Shown here: piece by piece, positions 25,397 to 41,541 of the stretch | Layout of the letters: each line of letters opens with the position of its first letter | Numbering within the stretch: position 1 is the first letter of the stretch | DNA from: the human T2T-CHM13v2.0 reference genome, Homo sapiens | Reading direction: 5' to 3' (one strand) | NCBI RefSeq assembly: GCF_009914755.1 | Contig: NC_060925.1 | Length of the DNA: 64,000 bases | Translations under genes and position numbers: made by a program | The notes under the pieces: generated by a model | What the model was told of the DNA's origin: nothing | What the model saw: only the letters and a program-made list of their open reading frames with translations | Databases searched by the model: none

Positions 25397-26597
25397 CAAA
25401 GACCATAAGTAAATGTCTAATGTTGCATGTAGAGGAACTAAAAAAGTAAAAACTAAACTGAAGATTAATGGAAAAAAAAGAAATAATAAAAATCAGAGCA
25501 GAAGAGATTTTTTAAAATACAAAAAATTAATGAAATGATGAGCTGGCTTTTTGAAAACGTAAATATAATTGATAAACCTTTAGCTAGACTAAAAAAGGGG
25601 GGACAGAACTCAAACAAAATCAGAGATGAAAAAGGAAACACCACAACAAATACCACATAAACAGGCTCATAACAGACTATTAAGAACAAATATGCCAACA
25701 AATTGGAAAACCTAGAAGAAATGAATAAATTTCTTAACACATAAAACCTACCAACATTGAATCAGAAAGAAATAGAAACATAATCAGACCAATAGAAAGT
25801 ACTGATGTTAAAGCGGTAATGAAAACCTTTTTCTCAAAGAATAGCCCAGGACCTGAAGGCTTCCCTCACATTTAAAGAAGAATTAATACCAATTTTTCTA
25901 AAACTATTACAAAAAATTTAAGAGGAGGACATTCTTCCAATTTATTCTTTGAGACCAGCATTACCCTGATACAAAAACCAGACAAAGACACCTCAGCAAC
26001 AACAAAATTACAGGACAATATACCTGAGGAACATAGATGCAGAAATCTTCCACAAGATACCAGCAATTCAAATTCAACAGCACATTAAAAAATTCATTCA
26101 CCATAAACAAGTGGGATTCATTCCAGGAATGCAAACGTGGTTCAACATACACAAATAAATGTGATACATCACATTAACAGAATGAAGGATAAAAATAATA
26201 TAACAATCTCAATAAAGGAAGAAAAGGCTTTGGTAGAATTTAACATCCTTTTATCATAAAAAAAAACTTTCAACAGATTAGGTATAAAAGAAATATATCT
26301 CAACATAATAAAGGCCAAATATGATGTACCCGCAGTTAACATCATACTAAACTAAGAAAAGTTGAAAGCTTTTCTTCTATGATTCAGGAAAAGATAAGGA
26401 TGTTCACTTTCACCAATTTTGTTCAACACAGCATTGGAAGTCCTAGCCAGAGCAATTAGGCAAGAGAAAGAAATAAAGAGATTAATAACCAGAATATATA
26501 AAGAGATCAAACAACTATGAAAAAATTAATAATCTGATTTTAAAATGGGCACAAGATCTGAACAGACATTTATCAAAAGAAGACAAACAAAAAGGCA
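25397..26597 (+). mobile_element. L1MA-type ORF2 fragments
   Basis: ORF2 linker and RT N-terminal region to GCAAGAGAAAGAAATAAAAG, then an abrupt jump to a late-ORF2 fragment at ~26481. Confidence 0.75.
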
Positions 26598-26599
26598 GG

Positions 26600-28197
26600 G
26601 AAGAAAAATGGCAGATAGGAGGCAGGACTAAATTGCAACTCCCACTTGGACGGACAGAGCAGCGTGTGGAGACTCACATCATGAACTTTTGGTCCAAGAA
26701 CTATTGCAGGAACATAACAAAAAAGCTGAGAGAATCCACAGACCCTTTAAAGGAAGTGGATTGCTCTTGCAGGCCATGAGAGACAGCCAAAAAACTGTGA
26801 GTGCCCAAAGCATAAAAATGTGACAGGGGAATCATTCACCCCCGAACACATACCCACACTGGGGAACCCGAAGGTCCAGGTCACTGGAGAAGGATTTGAC
26901 CTTACCTGGAGCTGAGACAAATTTAGAGAGTCAAACAAAATACAGGGGTAGAAGAAGCAGCAGGAAGAGGCTTGTGGGCTCTCTTGGTCCCCAGGGAAGC
27001 CATTTCTGATTTTGTCTCACAGAGGTCCTTGAGAAGGGCTGCCAAAGGATCTGTGAAAAGACCAGAGGGAGAAGGAAACTTCCAGCTAAACTTTGTAACA
27101 ATTTCACCCAAACACAAAGTTTCCTGAACAGAACTTGGGGTAGGGGGTGCATTGGGAGTGCAGACACAGCACAGAAGCCACTGTAGGCTGGGAGGTGTGA
27201 AACCTGAAGCCCTGCTTGTTTTCTCAGCTAGGAGGCTGGTTGTCTGGGGCAAGTTCTCAGCCCTATTCACTCACTGCTTGGAAATAAACTTAGTGCTGTT
27301 GGGAGGTAGGGGGTGGGTGGGAGTGAGACTGGCCTTTTGGGCTGTGTGGGAGCTGGGTAAGGCCTGTAACTGCCGGCTTTCCCTCACTTCTCTAGTGATC
27401 TGCATTAGACAGCAGAGGCAGCCATAAACCCCCTGGGAACATAACTCCATTGGCCTGAGAACCATACCCCTATCCCCACCAGTAGCTGCAGCAAACCCCA
27501 CCCAAGGAGAGTCTAAGCTCAGACACACCTAACCCTGCCCCAAACTGATGGTCTCTCTCTACCTGCCCTGGTAGCTGAAGACAAAGGATATAATATCTTG
27601 AGAACTCTAGGGCCCCGCTCACTGCCTGATCTTCCCTATACTACAGCAGTGGATGCTCTCTTGAAAGCTTCACCTCCTGGCAGGAGGCCATCCGACACAA
27701 AACTAGTGCAATCAACAAAACTACAACTAAAGACTCTCACAGAGTCCATTTCACTCCCCTGCCATCTCCACCAGAGCAGGTGCTGGTATCATAGCTAAGA
27801 GACCTGAAGATAGTTCACACCACATGACACTGTGCAGACACCCCCAGTACCAGCCCGAGGCCTGGTAGCTCTGCTGGGTGGCTAGATCCAGAAGACAAAT
27901 AACAATCACTGCAGTTAACTCTCAGAAAGCCACATCCCTAAGGAAAGGGGGAGAGCACTACATCAAGGGAGCACCCCTTGGGATAAAAGCATCTGAACAG
28001 CAGCCCCTGAGCCCCAGATCTTCCCTCTGACATAGTACAACAAATTAGAAGGAACCAGAAAAATAGTCATGGTAATATGACAAAACAAGGTTTTTTAATT
28101 CCCCCTAAAGATCACACTAGCTCATAAGCAATGGATACAAACCAAGAAGAAATCCCCAAATTGCCAGAAAAAGAATTTAGAAGGTTGATTATTAAGC
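26600..28197 (+). mobile_element. L1PB (L1PBa-type) 5'UTR plus ORF1 start, truncated
   Basis: ATGGCAGATAGGAGGCAGGACTA...GGACAGAGCAGCGTGTGGAG start, homologous to 63326-64000; ORF1 start ATGACAAAACAAGG at ~28077. Confidence 0.8.
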
Positions 28198-30085
<1,888 letters not shown>

Positions 30086-31995
30086 AAAACTACAAAACAC
30101 TTCTGAAAGAAATTAAAGGAGATGTAAATAAATGGAAAAACATCCCATGTTCATGAATTGGAAGACAATAGCATGAAGATGTCAATACTACCCAAAGTGC
30201 TTTACAGATTTAATTCAATCACTATCAAGGTCCCAATGACATTTTTTGAAGAAATAGAAAAACTCATTCTAAAATTTATAGATTTCCAAAGGACTCTGAA
30301 TAGCCAAAACAATCCCAAAAAAGAACAATAAAGCTGGAGGACTCACATTTCCTGATGTCAAATCTTACCACAAATCTACAGTAATCAAAAGTGTGGTACT
30401 AGTATACAGACATATAGACCAATGGAATAGAATAGAGAGTCCAGAAATAAACATTGAATAGTGCCAAGACCATTCAATGGGAAAAGGAAAGTCTTTCCAA
30501 CAAAGGTGCTGAATATCCATATGCAAAAGAGTGAAGGTAAACTGTTACCTAACACCATACCCAAAAATTAACGTGAAATGAATCAAAGACCTAAACATAA
30601 GAGCTAAACTATAAAACTCTTGGAAGAAAACATAAGGCAAAATATTAATACCACTGGATTTGGCAATGATTTCTGACATATGACATCACAAAAACCAGCA
30701 ATAAAAGAAAAACAATTGGACTTCATAAAAAAATTTGAATGTGCATCAAAAAACTCTATCAGAGTAAAAAGGAAACCCACAGAATGGAAGAAAATATTTG
30801 CAAATAATATATCTGATAGGGAATTGATATGCACAACATATAGAGAATTCCTACAACTACTAAACAAAAATCAAACAACCTGAATAAAGAATGGTCAAAG
30901 TCTTGAACAGACATTCCTCCCAAGAAGATATACGAATGGCCAATAAGCACACGAAAGCTTGTTTGGAGGTTCTAGCAGGGGAGCGCAGCTACTCCTACTC
31001 ATATACCCTTGTCCTGTCTTCCTCTATCGGGGATGGTCATCCTCCATGACTGAGCATGCAGCTTCGAGAGGGACGCACATGGAGCAGTGACAGAGGAAGG
31101 ACATAGCTGCCTAGCCAGCCAGATCAGCCAAATCAACACTGGCAATCAAAGGGGAGACAGATGCTGCAGCCAGATCACCCTCATATCCAAGCACATAAAA
31201 AGATGATCAAATTCACTAATAATCAGAGAAATGTGAATAAAAGTTGTGCTTATATCTCACCTCTTACCCATTAGGATATCTACAGTCAAAAAAAAAAAAA
31301 AACAGGAAAAAACAAGTGTTGGTGAGGATGTGGAAGAATTAGAATCCTTGTGAACTATTGGTGAGAATGTAAAATAGGATAGCCTCTGTGGAAAACAAAG
31401 GGCAGTTCCTGAAAATATTAAAAATAGAATCACTACATGAACCATCAATTTCACTTCTGGGCATATGCCCAAAAAACTTAAAAGCAGGGTCTAGACAAGT
31501 TATTTTTATACTCATGCTCATAGCAGCATTATTCACAATAGTTAAAATGTGGAACCAACCCCAAATGTCTATCAACAGATGAATAATCAAAACGTGTTAT
31601 ATACATACAATGGAATATTATTCAGCCTTAAAAAGGAATAAAATCCTGACAAATACTACAACAAGGATGAACCTTGGGGACATTATTCTGAGTGAAATAA
31701 GCCAGTAACAAAAATATAAATATTTCACAATTCCACTTATATAAGGTATTTAGAATAGTCAAACTCATAGAAGCAGATAATAGAATGGTGGTTGCCAGGG
31801 GCTAGGGATAAGAGGGAATGAGAAATTATGGTTTAATGGTTATAGAGTTTCCATTTTACAAGATAAGAAGAGTACTGGAAATGGATGGTTGTTATGGTCA
31901 CACAACAATATCAATATGGTCAATACCACTGAACTGTACACTTAAAAATGGTTAAGATGGTAAATTTATGTTATATGTATTTTACCAAAATAAAA
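30086..31995 (+). mobile_element. L1MB-type ORF2 3' part and 3'UTR
   Basis: AACTACAAAACACTTCTGAAAGAAATT...; 3'UTR GAACTGTACACTTAAAAATGGTTAAGATGGTAAATT. Confidence 0.8.
30956..31188 (-). pseudogene. 7SK snRNA retropseudogene, 3'-truncated
   Basis: Minus strand reads GGATATGAGGGTGATCTGGCTGCAGCATCTGTC...CTCCCCTGCTAGAACCTCCAAACAAGCT, matching 7SK nt 1 to ~235; degenerate TSD AAGCACACGAAA/AAGCACATAAAA. Confidence 0.93.
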
Positions 31996-32654
31996 AGTTG
32001 GAATAAAGTGATGTAATTAATCATATTAATAATCTATAAAAGTGAAACCCTGTGATCAGCTCAGTTGATGCAGAAAAATCACATGACAAAATCTGACCTC
32101 CATTCCTGACAAAATCTGTTAGCAAGAATATACAGACACTTTCTTAATCTCATAAACGGCATGTATGAAAAACCTATAGCTAACATCTTGTAGTGGTTAC
32201 CTTACAAATTTCAACATTCATATTTTACGTATTTAGCATCCATCTTAAGTTAGTACTTTTGCAATCTCCCAAACAAAAGCTTAACTGTATTTAACTTCAA
32301 TCTCTTGCCATTTGTACTATTGTGATATATAGTTTAGCTACATATGTAATAAAATTCATAGGACTTTATATCATCATCATCATTTTAAAAAGCATTTTTA
32401 GTTACCATCTCCTGTTGTTTTCATTCTTTCAAATAATTCCATGATTCCAATAGGATTATTTTAATACAGCCTTAAGAACCTCCTCTATTGTTTTTTTAGT
32501 GCTTATTTGCTTGCAGTGGATGCTGTTTTTATTTGTCTAAAAATCTTTACCGTAATTTTCTTTTAACTTTTTATTTTGACAGAATTTCAGAGTTCAAAAA
32601 TTCAAAGCAGTAATACAAGGTGAAATAATACAAAGAATTTCTATATTCACCTAG

Positions 32655-33053
<399 letters not shown>

Positions 33054-33169
33054 TGATAATTTTTTAATTACATTTTTCTTTCTAAATTCATTGGCTATCT
33101 AGCATCAGAAACAGCTTTTCCTTCTTAGTCATTTACTAATTGGTATCAATGTGAATTTATGGGGTTTTT

Positions 33170-34340
33170 TAAATTTCACCTTTATTTTTTGAAGGATATT
33201 CTCTCTGGACGTAGTTTTTTAAAAGATGTCATTTCAGTGCCTCTGGCTTAAAGAGTTTTAGTTGAAGAGTCAGCCCTTAATCTTGTTGTTACATTGGAAG
33301 TGATATCTGCAGTTCCCACTTTGCTCTGCCCCCAGCTATGTTTAAGGTTATCTCTGTCTTTGGTTTTCAGCAGGTTGAATGTATGTGCTATAGTTGGTTT
33401 TCTTTGGACTTAGCTTGTTTGGGATGTGCTAAACGCTTTGATCTTAGAATTGAAGACTTTCATTCACCGATGAATGAAAAATTCTTATCCATTACCTCTT
33501 CGGTTATTACTTTTGCCCCAACCTGTCTTTCTTCTTCTTCTGGGACCTATATGTAATCCTATAATTTTTTTTTTTTTTGAGATGGGGTCTCATTCTGTCA
33601 CCCAGGCTGGAGTGTAGTGGTGTGATCATGGCTCACTGCAGCTTCTACCTCCCTAGGGTCAGGTGATCCTCCCACCTCAGCCCCCCAAGTAGCCGAGACT
33701 ACAAGTACAACTGTCACCACAGTCTATTTTTTGGTATTTTTTTGTAGAGGTGAAATTACACCAGGTTTCCCAGGCTGATCTTGAACTCCTGGGCTCAAGC
33801 CCTCCACCTCTCTTGACCTCTCAAGGTCCTGGGATTATAGGCATGAGCCACCATTCCCGTCCTACTACAATTTTTTTTTTAAACTGAGTTCCACGCATCT
33901 GTTACTCTCTTGTTTTTAAAAATTTTTAATCTGCGGTGCTTCAATTTCAACTTGAGTATTATCTCTTGATCTTCAGTTTACTAATTCTATATTCTGTGTC
34001 TAAGTCTACTGTTGAAACTAATGACATTTTAAGATCAATGAATTTTTAATTTGTACTTTTTAGTTCTAGAGTATCCACCTGACACTTTCATTGGTTTTCA
34101 ATTCTCTGATGAAATGTTTCATGTTTTATCCATTTGGTCCTCTTTATGTTGTTTACCATAAATCACTGTTACTTTAAAGTTATTGTCTGTTAACACCAAT
34201 ATCTGGATCATTTGTGGATCTTCTTTCCTTATTCTTCTTTCTCTTCCTCTTTCCCTCTTCTTGTTCTTCTTCTTTCCTTGTTTTTGGCTATTTTCTAACC
34301 TGTTTGCATTTTCAGTAACTTTTAATTTTAATATACCTAT
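33170..34340 (-). mobile_element. Ancient L1M ORF1-region remnant
   Basis: Antisense TTTTTGAAGGATATTCTCTCTGGA...TTTTAGTTCTAGA motifs. Confidence 0.5.
33565..33862 (-). mobile_element. AluJ
   Basis: GATCATGGCTCACTGCAGC, GATCCTCCCACCTCAGCC and CCTGGGCTCAAG J-type diagnostics. Confidence 0.88.
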
Positions 34341-34705
34341 TGTTCATAAAAAACCATAAAGACACCACATGATAAGTTCTATAGCTATTGTTCTCCCTTT
34401 TTGTCTGTTAGGCTTATTGAGTATACAGTTAATAATCTCAATCTGGTCAGGCTTTCTACTGAATAGTGTCTGGTTTGAAGATTTTCTGTGACTCAGTTTA
34501 CCTCTGGTAGTCCCTATACCCCAAGATTAGCCCTCCAAGGCTTTTTGTAGTCTAGTGAGCATCTTTCTTCCACCCGAAAGATGGCATGTGCTTCTATTAT
34601 TCCTTTCAGAGGTTTTAAGCTTAGCTTTTTAGTCTCCTGCCTTATTCCACTTCAATATCTGGCAAAGGAAAGGACAATCTGTCCTTAAGAATTTGTCTCT
34701 TAAGT

Positions 34706-35033
34706 CCTGCGGTGTTTGACTTTCTGTTCCTGTGTTAGTTCACTTAGAATAATGACCTCCTGCTCTGTTCATGTTGCTGCAAAGAACATGATATTGTTCC
34801 TTTTTGTGGCTGTGTAGTATCCCATGATATATATGTACCACATTGTATCCAATCTACCATTGGTGGGCATTTAGGTTGATTCCATGTCTTTGCTATTGTG
34901 AATAGTGCTGTAATGAATACACATATACATATGTCATTATGGTGAAATAATTTATATTCCTTTTGGTATACACCCAATAATGGGATTGCTAGGTTGAATG
35001 GTAGTTCTAAATTCTTTGAGAAATTGCCAGACT
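34706..35033 (-). mobile_element. Old L1PA/L1PB ORF2-end fragment
   Basis: Antisense peptide FITALFTIAKTWNQPKCP (34744-34977). Confidence 0.8.
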
Positions 35034-35427
<394 letters not shown>

Positions 35428-35830
35428 TTAATAACTGCTACGTCCCTTTATATTACTTTTTATTTAAATAAGATAGCAGCACATTTTAGGAAATCGGGAA
35501 GCTGGGACATCCACTAATTCTAATGAAATTTGAATTTCATTAATTGAAAAATAAAGGAGGAGTTTTATAAGTTAGTTTATACAATCTCAAACATTTTTTA
35601 AAAAGATTCTTCAAAATACATCATAGGAATATATAGAGAAAAATGAGATATCAATGTTGTATTTATACATTGTTTATATCCACACTATAGTTATTATACA
35701 TTTATAATGCAACAAGACTTCATTAAGCATCTTTTTTGTGGTGCCCTGTGAGATATAGGTGACTAGATCTCTATCCTTAGTCTCTTCTGAAATCACTGAA
35801 CTGAAGCAATGTCATGACCATAACCTTGGA

Positions 35831-36041
35831 CAATGGTGTGTTGCTAAATATCTAACAAGTGGCTCTTCAAGGAAGAAACAAACACACATCGACTTATAGC
35901 ATTATCCATTACTTATAGCATAAATCCTCCCACTATGTTCAATTTCAAGCAACCAGCATGATTACTTAATGTGGGGTTTGGGAAGAGATATGAACAATTG
36001 GCTTGCATAAGCCAGTGCCAACAAGCTCCAGTATGCTACTG
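35831..36041. mobile_element. MER63-like hAT DNA transposon
   Basis: Degenerate TIRs CAATGGTGTGTTG / CCAGTATGCTACTG. Confidence 0.55.
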
Positions 36042-37052
36042 AGTCCTAGGAATGACTGAGTTGAGCATAGTGAGGAGTTCTTTAACAAGTCTATTCCGGC
36101 TTACTTGATGCTTTACAACTGCCTATGCTGGTATGGTTAGTGTGCACAACAGGCTGCCTTAAGTGATTATCTCTTTATTCCATGAGCCATTATTCATTTT
36201 ACACAGGCAACTCACAAACAGCATCTTCTACTGAAACACTAAGATAATAATAAAAATAAAATGAAAAACGGTTTCTAAAATCCAGGGGTGCTGCTCCATC
36301 TGGGACATTTATGAAGATGGTGTGTGCAGAGATCAAGTGAGAGTCAGCTCTCAGAGGGAAGGGAATCTCAGCAGAGGGCAGGGAGTCCAGTGGGGGAAAA
36401 AAATAAATCACAAACCTGGAGTTGCTGCTGGACATAGATTTACCCTCAGGAAGAGTGGCTGAGAAGCCTAAGAAGAACCATAAAGCTGCTAGAATATCAG
36501 GGTTAGAAGAGTTCCTGGGATTAATCTGGACTTACCTCCCACCCAGGACCATGTACTCCCCCAGAGAAGAATCTGAATGTCCCCTGGAGTTCACTGATTT
36601 CTTTCTCTTCAACTCAGTTTCTCTATCCTTTAATTAACCAATGTCTTAAGAAAATTATGACTCAGATAATCCTAAAATATACTGAGAATCTATGTCTTTT
36701 CCAAATATGAACAAAACTTAAAGAGGGATGTTTTATATTGACTGCAAACTACAGATGACTACTCAGCCATGATCCATCAGTGCCACCTGCCATGGACACA
36801 GGGGAGGCAAGTAACTGTGCTAACACCACAAATCTGTCATCTTTGACTTAAAAGAATATATTCCTCTCAGGTTTCCCCATGTATGAAAATTGATCATCAT
36901 AGCATTAGAGAAAATGAGAAGAAATCCCAAAGCAGAGGGAAGTTGTTTACTTCTTTCATGCCATGCTTTCTCTGTTATAATGCACAGGGGTCATGAAGAC
37001 AAAATAAGACACCATCCAGAATTTGGAAAGGAGGTAAAGCTGCCTTGCAGAA

Positions 37053-37081
37053 TTATTATCATCATCATTATTATTATTATA

Positions 37082-37116
<35 letters not shown>

Positions 37117-37361
37117 TGAGATGGAGTTTCGCTGTGTTGCCCAGGCTGGAGTGCAGTAGCGCAATCTTGGCTCACCACAGCCTCTGCATCCTAGCTTGAA
37201 GCAATTCTCCTGCCTCAGCCTCCTGAGTAGCTGGGACTACAGGCAGGTGCCACCAGGTCCCGCTAATTTTTGTATTTTTAGTAGAGATGGGGTTTCACTA
37301 TATTGCCTGCCTCAGCCTCCCAAAGTGCTGGGATCACAGGCATGAGCCACCATGCCCGGCC
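37053..37361 (-). mobile_element. AluS with an (ATT)n tail and an internal left-arm deletion
   Basis: (ATT)n at 37053-37113; TATTGCC joined directly to TGCCTCAGCCTCCCAAAG. Confidence 0.9.
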
Positions 37362-39213
37362 TACAGGACATAATAAGTTACAGCAGAGATATGTAAAGTC
37401 ATCTTAAAAGACAGCAAGATTTGACTATAACCTGAATGGATGTCCATTCAGGTTATATATAACCTTTCTTGGATGTCCAAGAAAGCATATGGCAATCAGG
37501 ATAGGGATGAACAGCAAGAGAAACTTAGAAAAAAATAAATAGAGGGATGACTTCAACTACATAAAAGGGGTAGAAAATACAAAGCCAGAGGCCAGCGTTG
37601 GCAGAGTCTTCGAGCACTGTCTAGGACAGAAGAAAGTCTGACTGCAAACTGGAGAGTTCCCACTGGTAAAGGACCCTTCATAATGCACTGAAGAGTTTCA
37701 AGCCACCTTAGCTAGAGTGGGACCCCATCTAAAGAAACACACTGTTTCTATTTGCCTAATCCTGGAACACTTAGCTGTCCAGAAAAACATGCCTATTTAT
37801 AATGAATGTGGTCAATTGGAGAACGACAAAGAGAGGTTGTCCGCACCTAGGAAACTTTCCAGGAGGTGCAAGTGTGTCACGATGAAGGCAAGTGGCCATG
37901 TGTTTGCTGAAATCCTCTCCAGTGACCCTGGCATTCATGCCATCACCCATTTCTGAATATTACCAGCCTTCAGAAAAAGAGTATATCACACCTACATGAA
38001 ATTAAAACCCATGTGACAATTATATTTCTTTTCATAAGTTCATAAATAATTTAAGTAATATGTACATTAACTCATGTGAGACTAACGTAATGCTACCCCT
38101 GACTCACTCACTCTCAGAAAACCAAAACAGGTTTCAGGTGTTCAAAACTGATGGCTAAAACCTGGACTTAGGTGAAGTCAGCTGGTTAAAGGGCAATCAG
38201 GTAACCTTCCCTGATAGCTACCTTGCCTTGTGATGGAGACTCTTAATTTTGGGCAACAAAAGGTGGCATGACTAAGAGTGTTAGCTCTTTCTAGTTCCTA
38301 CCCACAAAATGAGGTTAACACCTTCTGCATAGTATTGTTGTGAGAATAACAATGATAAAGTTCCTGGAACATCTTCAGTGGTCAGAGACAGGCTAGATGC
38401 TCATCAATCCAACTTCTTCTTGTGCACAAAGAAATGCTACATTTCCCACCCTCCTCTGGAATTACATTGAGGCCATCAGATTCTCACCAATGGGATGTGT
38501 CTGGAAGTGATATGCATCACTTCTAGGTTTGGTCACAAAACTCCCTGTACTTTCATATGTGGTTAAGAAAAATTACATATAATAGGAGGCCTCTGAGAGA
38601 AATCAGGAGCCATCGAGAATAACGAACAAGAGAGTTATTTCCATAGTCAGGGCATAGCTAAGGAACCCTTATGACATCTGCCTAACAGGATTCCAGAAGT
38701 GTTACAAACAAGTAACTGAACAGTGTCTCTACTTTTTCCCTTTCTGAAGGGTACTTATTGTGGTTATCCTACCTCTGTTCCATCATTGTATACTGGGGGG
38801 AAGGGAATATAACTTTTTTATTTCATGAGTTGCCAGGCTTAAAAAAGCAACATTTAGATATGATGGAAAGGATGACTGTACAACTATCAGGATTCTTGAA
38901 CTTTAAGCTGGATGCAGGGACTTGAGGGAGGGGGTTTTGGTGATGCCCTTGGAGAGCATGTCCTATGTATAAAAGCAAGAATGAAAGAGACTTCTCTGAT
39001 CAGATGGGCAGTTCATGAAGAGGCTTGCTAGCTGTCCACTATCAAACCTGTTTTTCTCAAGCACACAGAAGCCTGCATTTTCCAGTATAATTTGCAGTTA
39101 TGTTGGAACAATAAGAATGGGTTCTGGCAAGTGGGATGTGGATAAAAGTGATCATCCATACTCACTGTTACCAATAAGTAATAAAGTGGCCCCTAGCCAC
39201 AGGTAACTATTTA

Positions 39214-40243
39214 AAAGCAAATTAACAAAAAGCAAAAATAGACAAATGGGACTGAGACTAAAATGCTTCCTCACAGCAAAAGAAATAACCAGGGCAAACA
39301 GACAACTTAGAGAGTGAGAGAAAATATTTGCAAACCATGCATCTGATAAAGGAAAAATATCTAGAATCTATGAAGAACTCAAACAGCTAAACGAGAAAAA
39401 AGAAAACCATTAAAAAGTGGGCAAAAGGCATGAACACTTTTTCAAAAGAAGACATACACGTGGCCAAAAAACATGAAAACATGTTCAACATCACTAATTA
39501 TCAGAAAAATGCAACTTAAAACCACAATGAGATACCATATTACACCAGTCAGAATAGCTATTATTAAAAAGTCAAAAAACAACAGATGTTGGTAAGGATT
39601 CAGAGAAAAGGGAACACTTATACACTGTTGGTGGGAATGTAAATTAATGAACCCTCTAAGGAAAACAGTATGGAGATTTCTCAAAGAACTAAAAATAGAA
39701 CTATGATTTGATCCAGCAATCCCCCTGCTGAGTACCCCAAGGAAAATAAATCATTTTATGTGTGTGTGTGTGTATGTGTGTGTGTGTGTGTGTTTGTATA
39801 TATATATATGTGTGTTGTGTGTGCATGTGTCTATATATACACACATTTTATGTATGTATAAAATCACTTTATATATATACATATATAATATATAAAAGAC
39901 ACCTGAACTTATATGTTTATCACAATACTATTCACAATAGCAAAGTTATGAAATCAACCTAAGTGTCCATCAATAGATGATTAGATAAAGAAAATGTGGT
40001 ACATATATACCATGGAATACTACTTAGCCACAAAAAAGAATGAAATTATGTCCTTTGCAGTAACATGGATGAAACTGGAGGCCATTATCCTAAGTGCAAC
40101 AACTCAAAAAAATCAAATACCACATGTTCTTACTTATACGTGGGAGCTAAAGAATGGGTATACATGGATATACAGAGTGGGATAACAGACATTGGAGACT
40201 CCAAAAGGTGGGAGGGGGTGATGGATGAAAAATTACCTACTGG
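39214..40243 (+). mobile_element. L1PB4-like 3' part; resumes at 46626-46770
   Basis: ORF2 end and 3'UTR GACATTGGAGACTCC; continuation GGGTACAATGTACAC...CCAGACTTCACCACTATGCAAT after the nested L1PA. Confidence 0.82.
39758..39895. repeat. (TG)n/(TA)n low-complexity microsatellite
   Basis: Directly visible. Confidence 0.9.
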
Positions 40244-41541
40244 TCAGTGGGGCCAAGATGGCCCACTAGAAGCAGTGGTGTTCCAAGGCGCCCATTGAAA
40301 AGAAACCATAATAAGCGTGTGAATCCTTCACCGGCAACAAAGGTATCCATGTTCTCTCATCAAAATTGACTAGAAGGCTGGCATGACTGAGAGAGAGAAG
40401 GAAGAGCAGTGTGGTGCAGCGGCCCATGTGAGAGCCACATGGGAAAGGGGAACCCTCTCCCCCAAGCCAAGAGAGGCAGTGAGTGAGCTTGCTACCTAGC
40501 CAGGGAAACTGTGCTTTACTGGGTAACCCATGGATTGGAAGACCCCACTCGTGAACCCACACCACTGGAGCCTAGCATACCAACCCTAGAATGCACAGAT
40601 ACTTACAGCCTCTCAGCTGGAATTTGCTTGAGCCTACTGAACTCCCAGGGGTAGGGGCAACAAGCACCGGCTGTGGCTGCCAGCTGTCTAAGTCGTTTGA
40701 GCTCATTGGGGGAGAGGCAGCAGCCAGAACTGGGATGCACAACTACTTAACGTGCTAAGCTCCCTGGGTGGGTGAAGGGTGGCACTCATTTCTATAGCTG
40801 CAGGCTGTGCTTTTCCCCTGCTGGAACCAGGGAGGCTGAATGGCTTGGTCCAAAGACTTGCCTCCACAAACTAACACACTGGCTGTGGCAATCTGTGGCC
40901 AGAGTGACTCTTTAGCTCTAACCCTGACCCATCCTTCCTCAGTGAGTGGGGCTTCCCTGCAGGATCTCCAATAACTCCAGCCAGAGGCTCAGGGACAGAA
41001 TTAGGATCTCCCTAGGCCTAGGGGAGGGGTGGTCGCAGTCTCTGTGAACCAGCAGACTTAGCCTCTCCTCCTGGTAGTTCTGAGGAATCCAGGAAGCCCA
41101 GATGAGTGGGTTTCACCTCAGCGAAACATATCATCTCCACCAAGGCACAAAGTGCTTTGTTAAATGGGTTCTGCTCCTGGTGCCACCAAACTGGGTGAGA
41201 CCCTCCAACACGGTTTGTCAGACACCCTACACAGGAGCATCCTACTGACATCAGGTTGATGCTCCTTGAGGTCAGAGGTCCCAGAAGCAGGAGGCATCCA
41301 TCTTTGCTACTCTCCAGCCTCCCTGAGTGACATTTCCAGGCATGGAAGCGAATCAGATGAATAGGGCTGGAAGTGAATCCCCAGCGAATTGCAGCAGCCC
41401 TACAGAAGAGGGACCTGACCATTGACAGAAAAACAAACAGAAAGTGACAATGACACCATCAACAAAAATAACAACAAAACGGGCCCCCACAAAAACCCCA
41501 TCTGAGGGTCAGCAGGCTCAAAGACCAAAACTAGACAAATT

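Noticed and set aside
36890-37159. ORF with a poly-Ile tract
   Set aside because: Translation of the (ATT)n Alu tail
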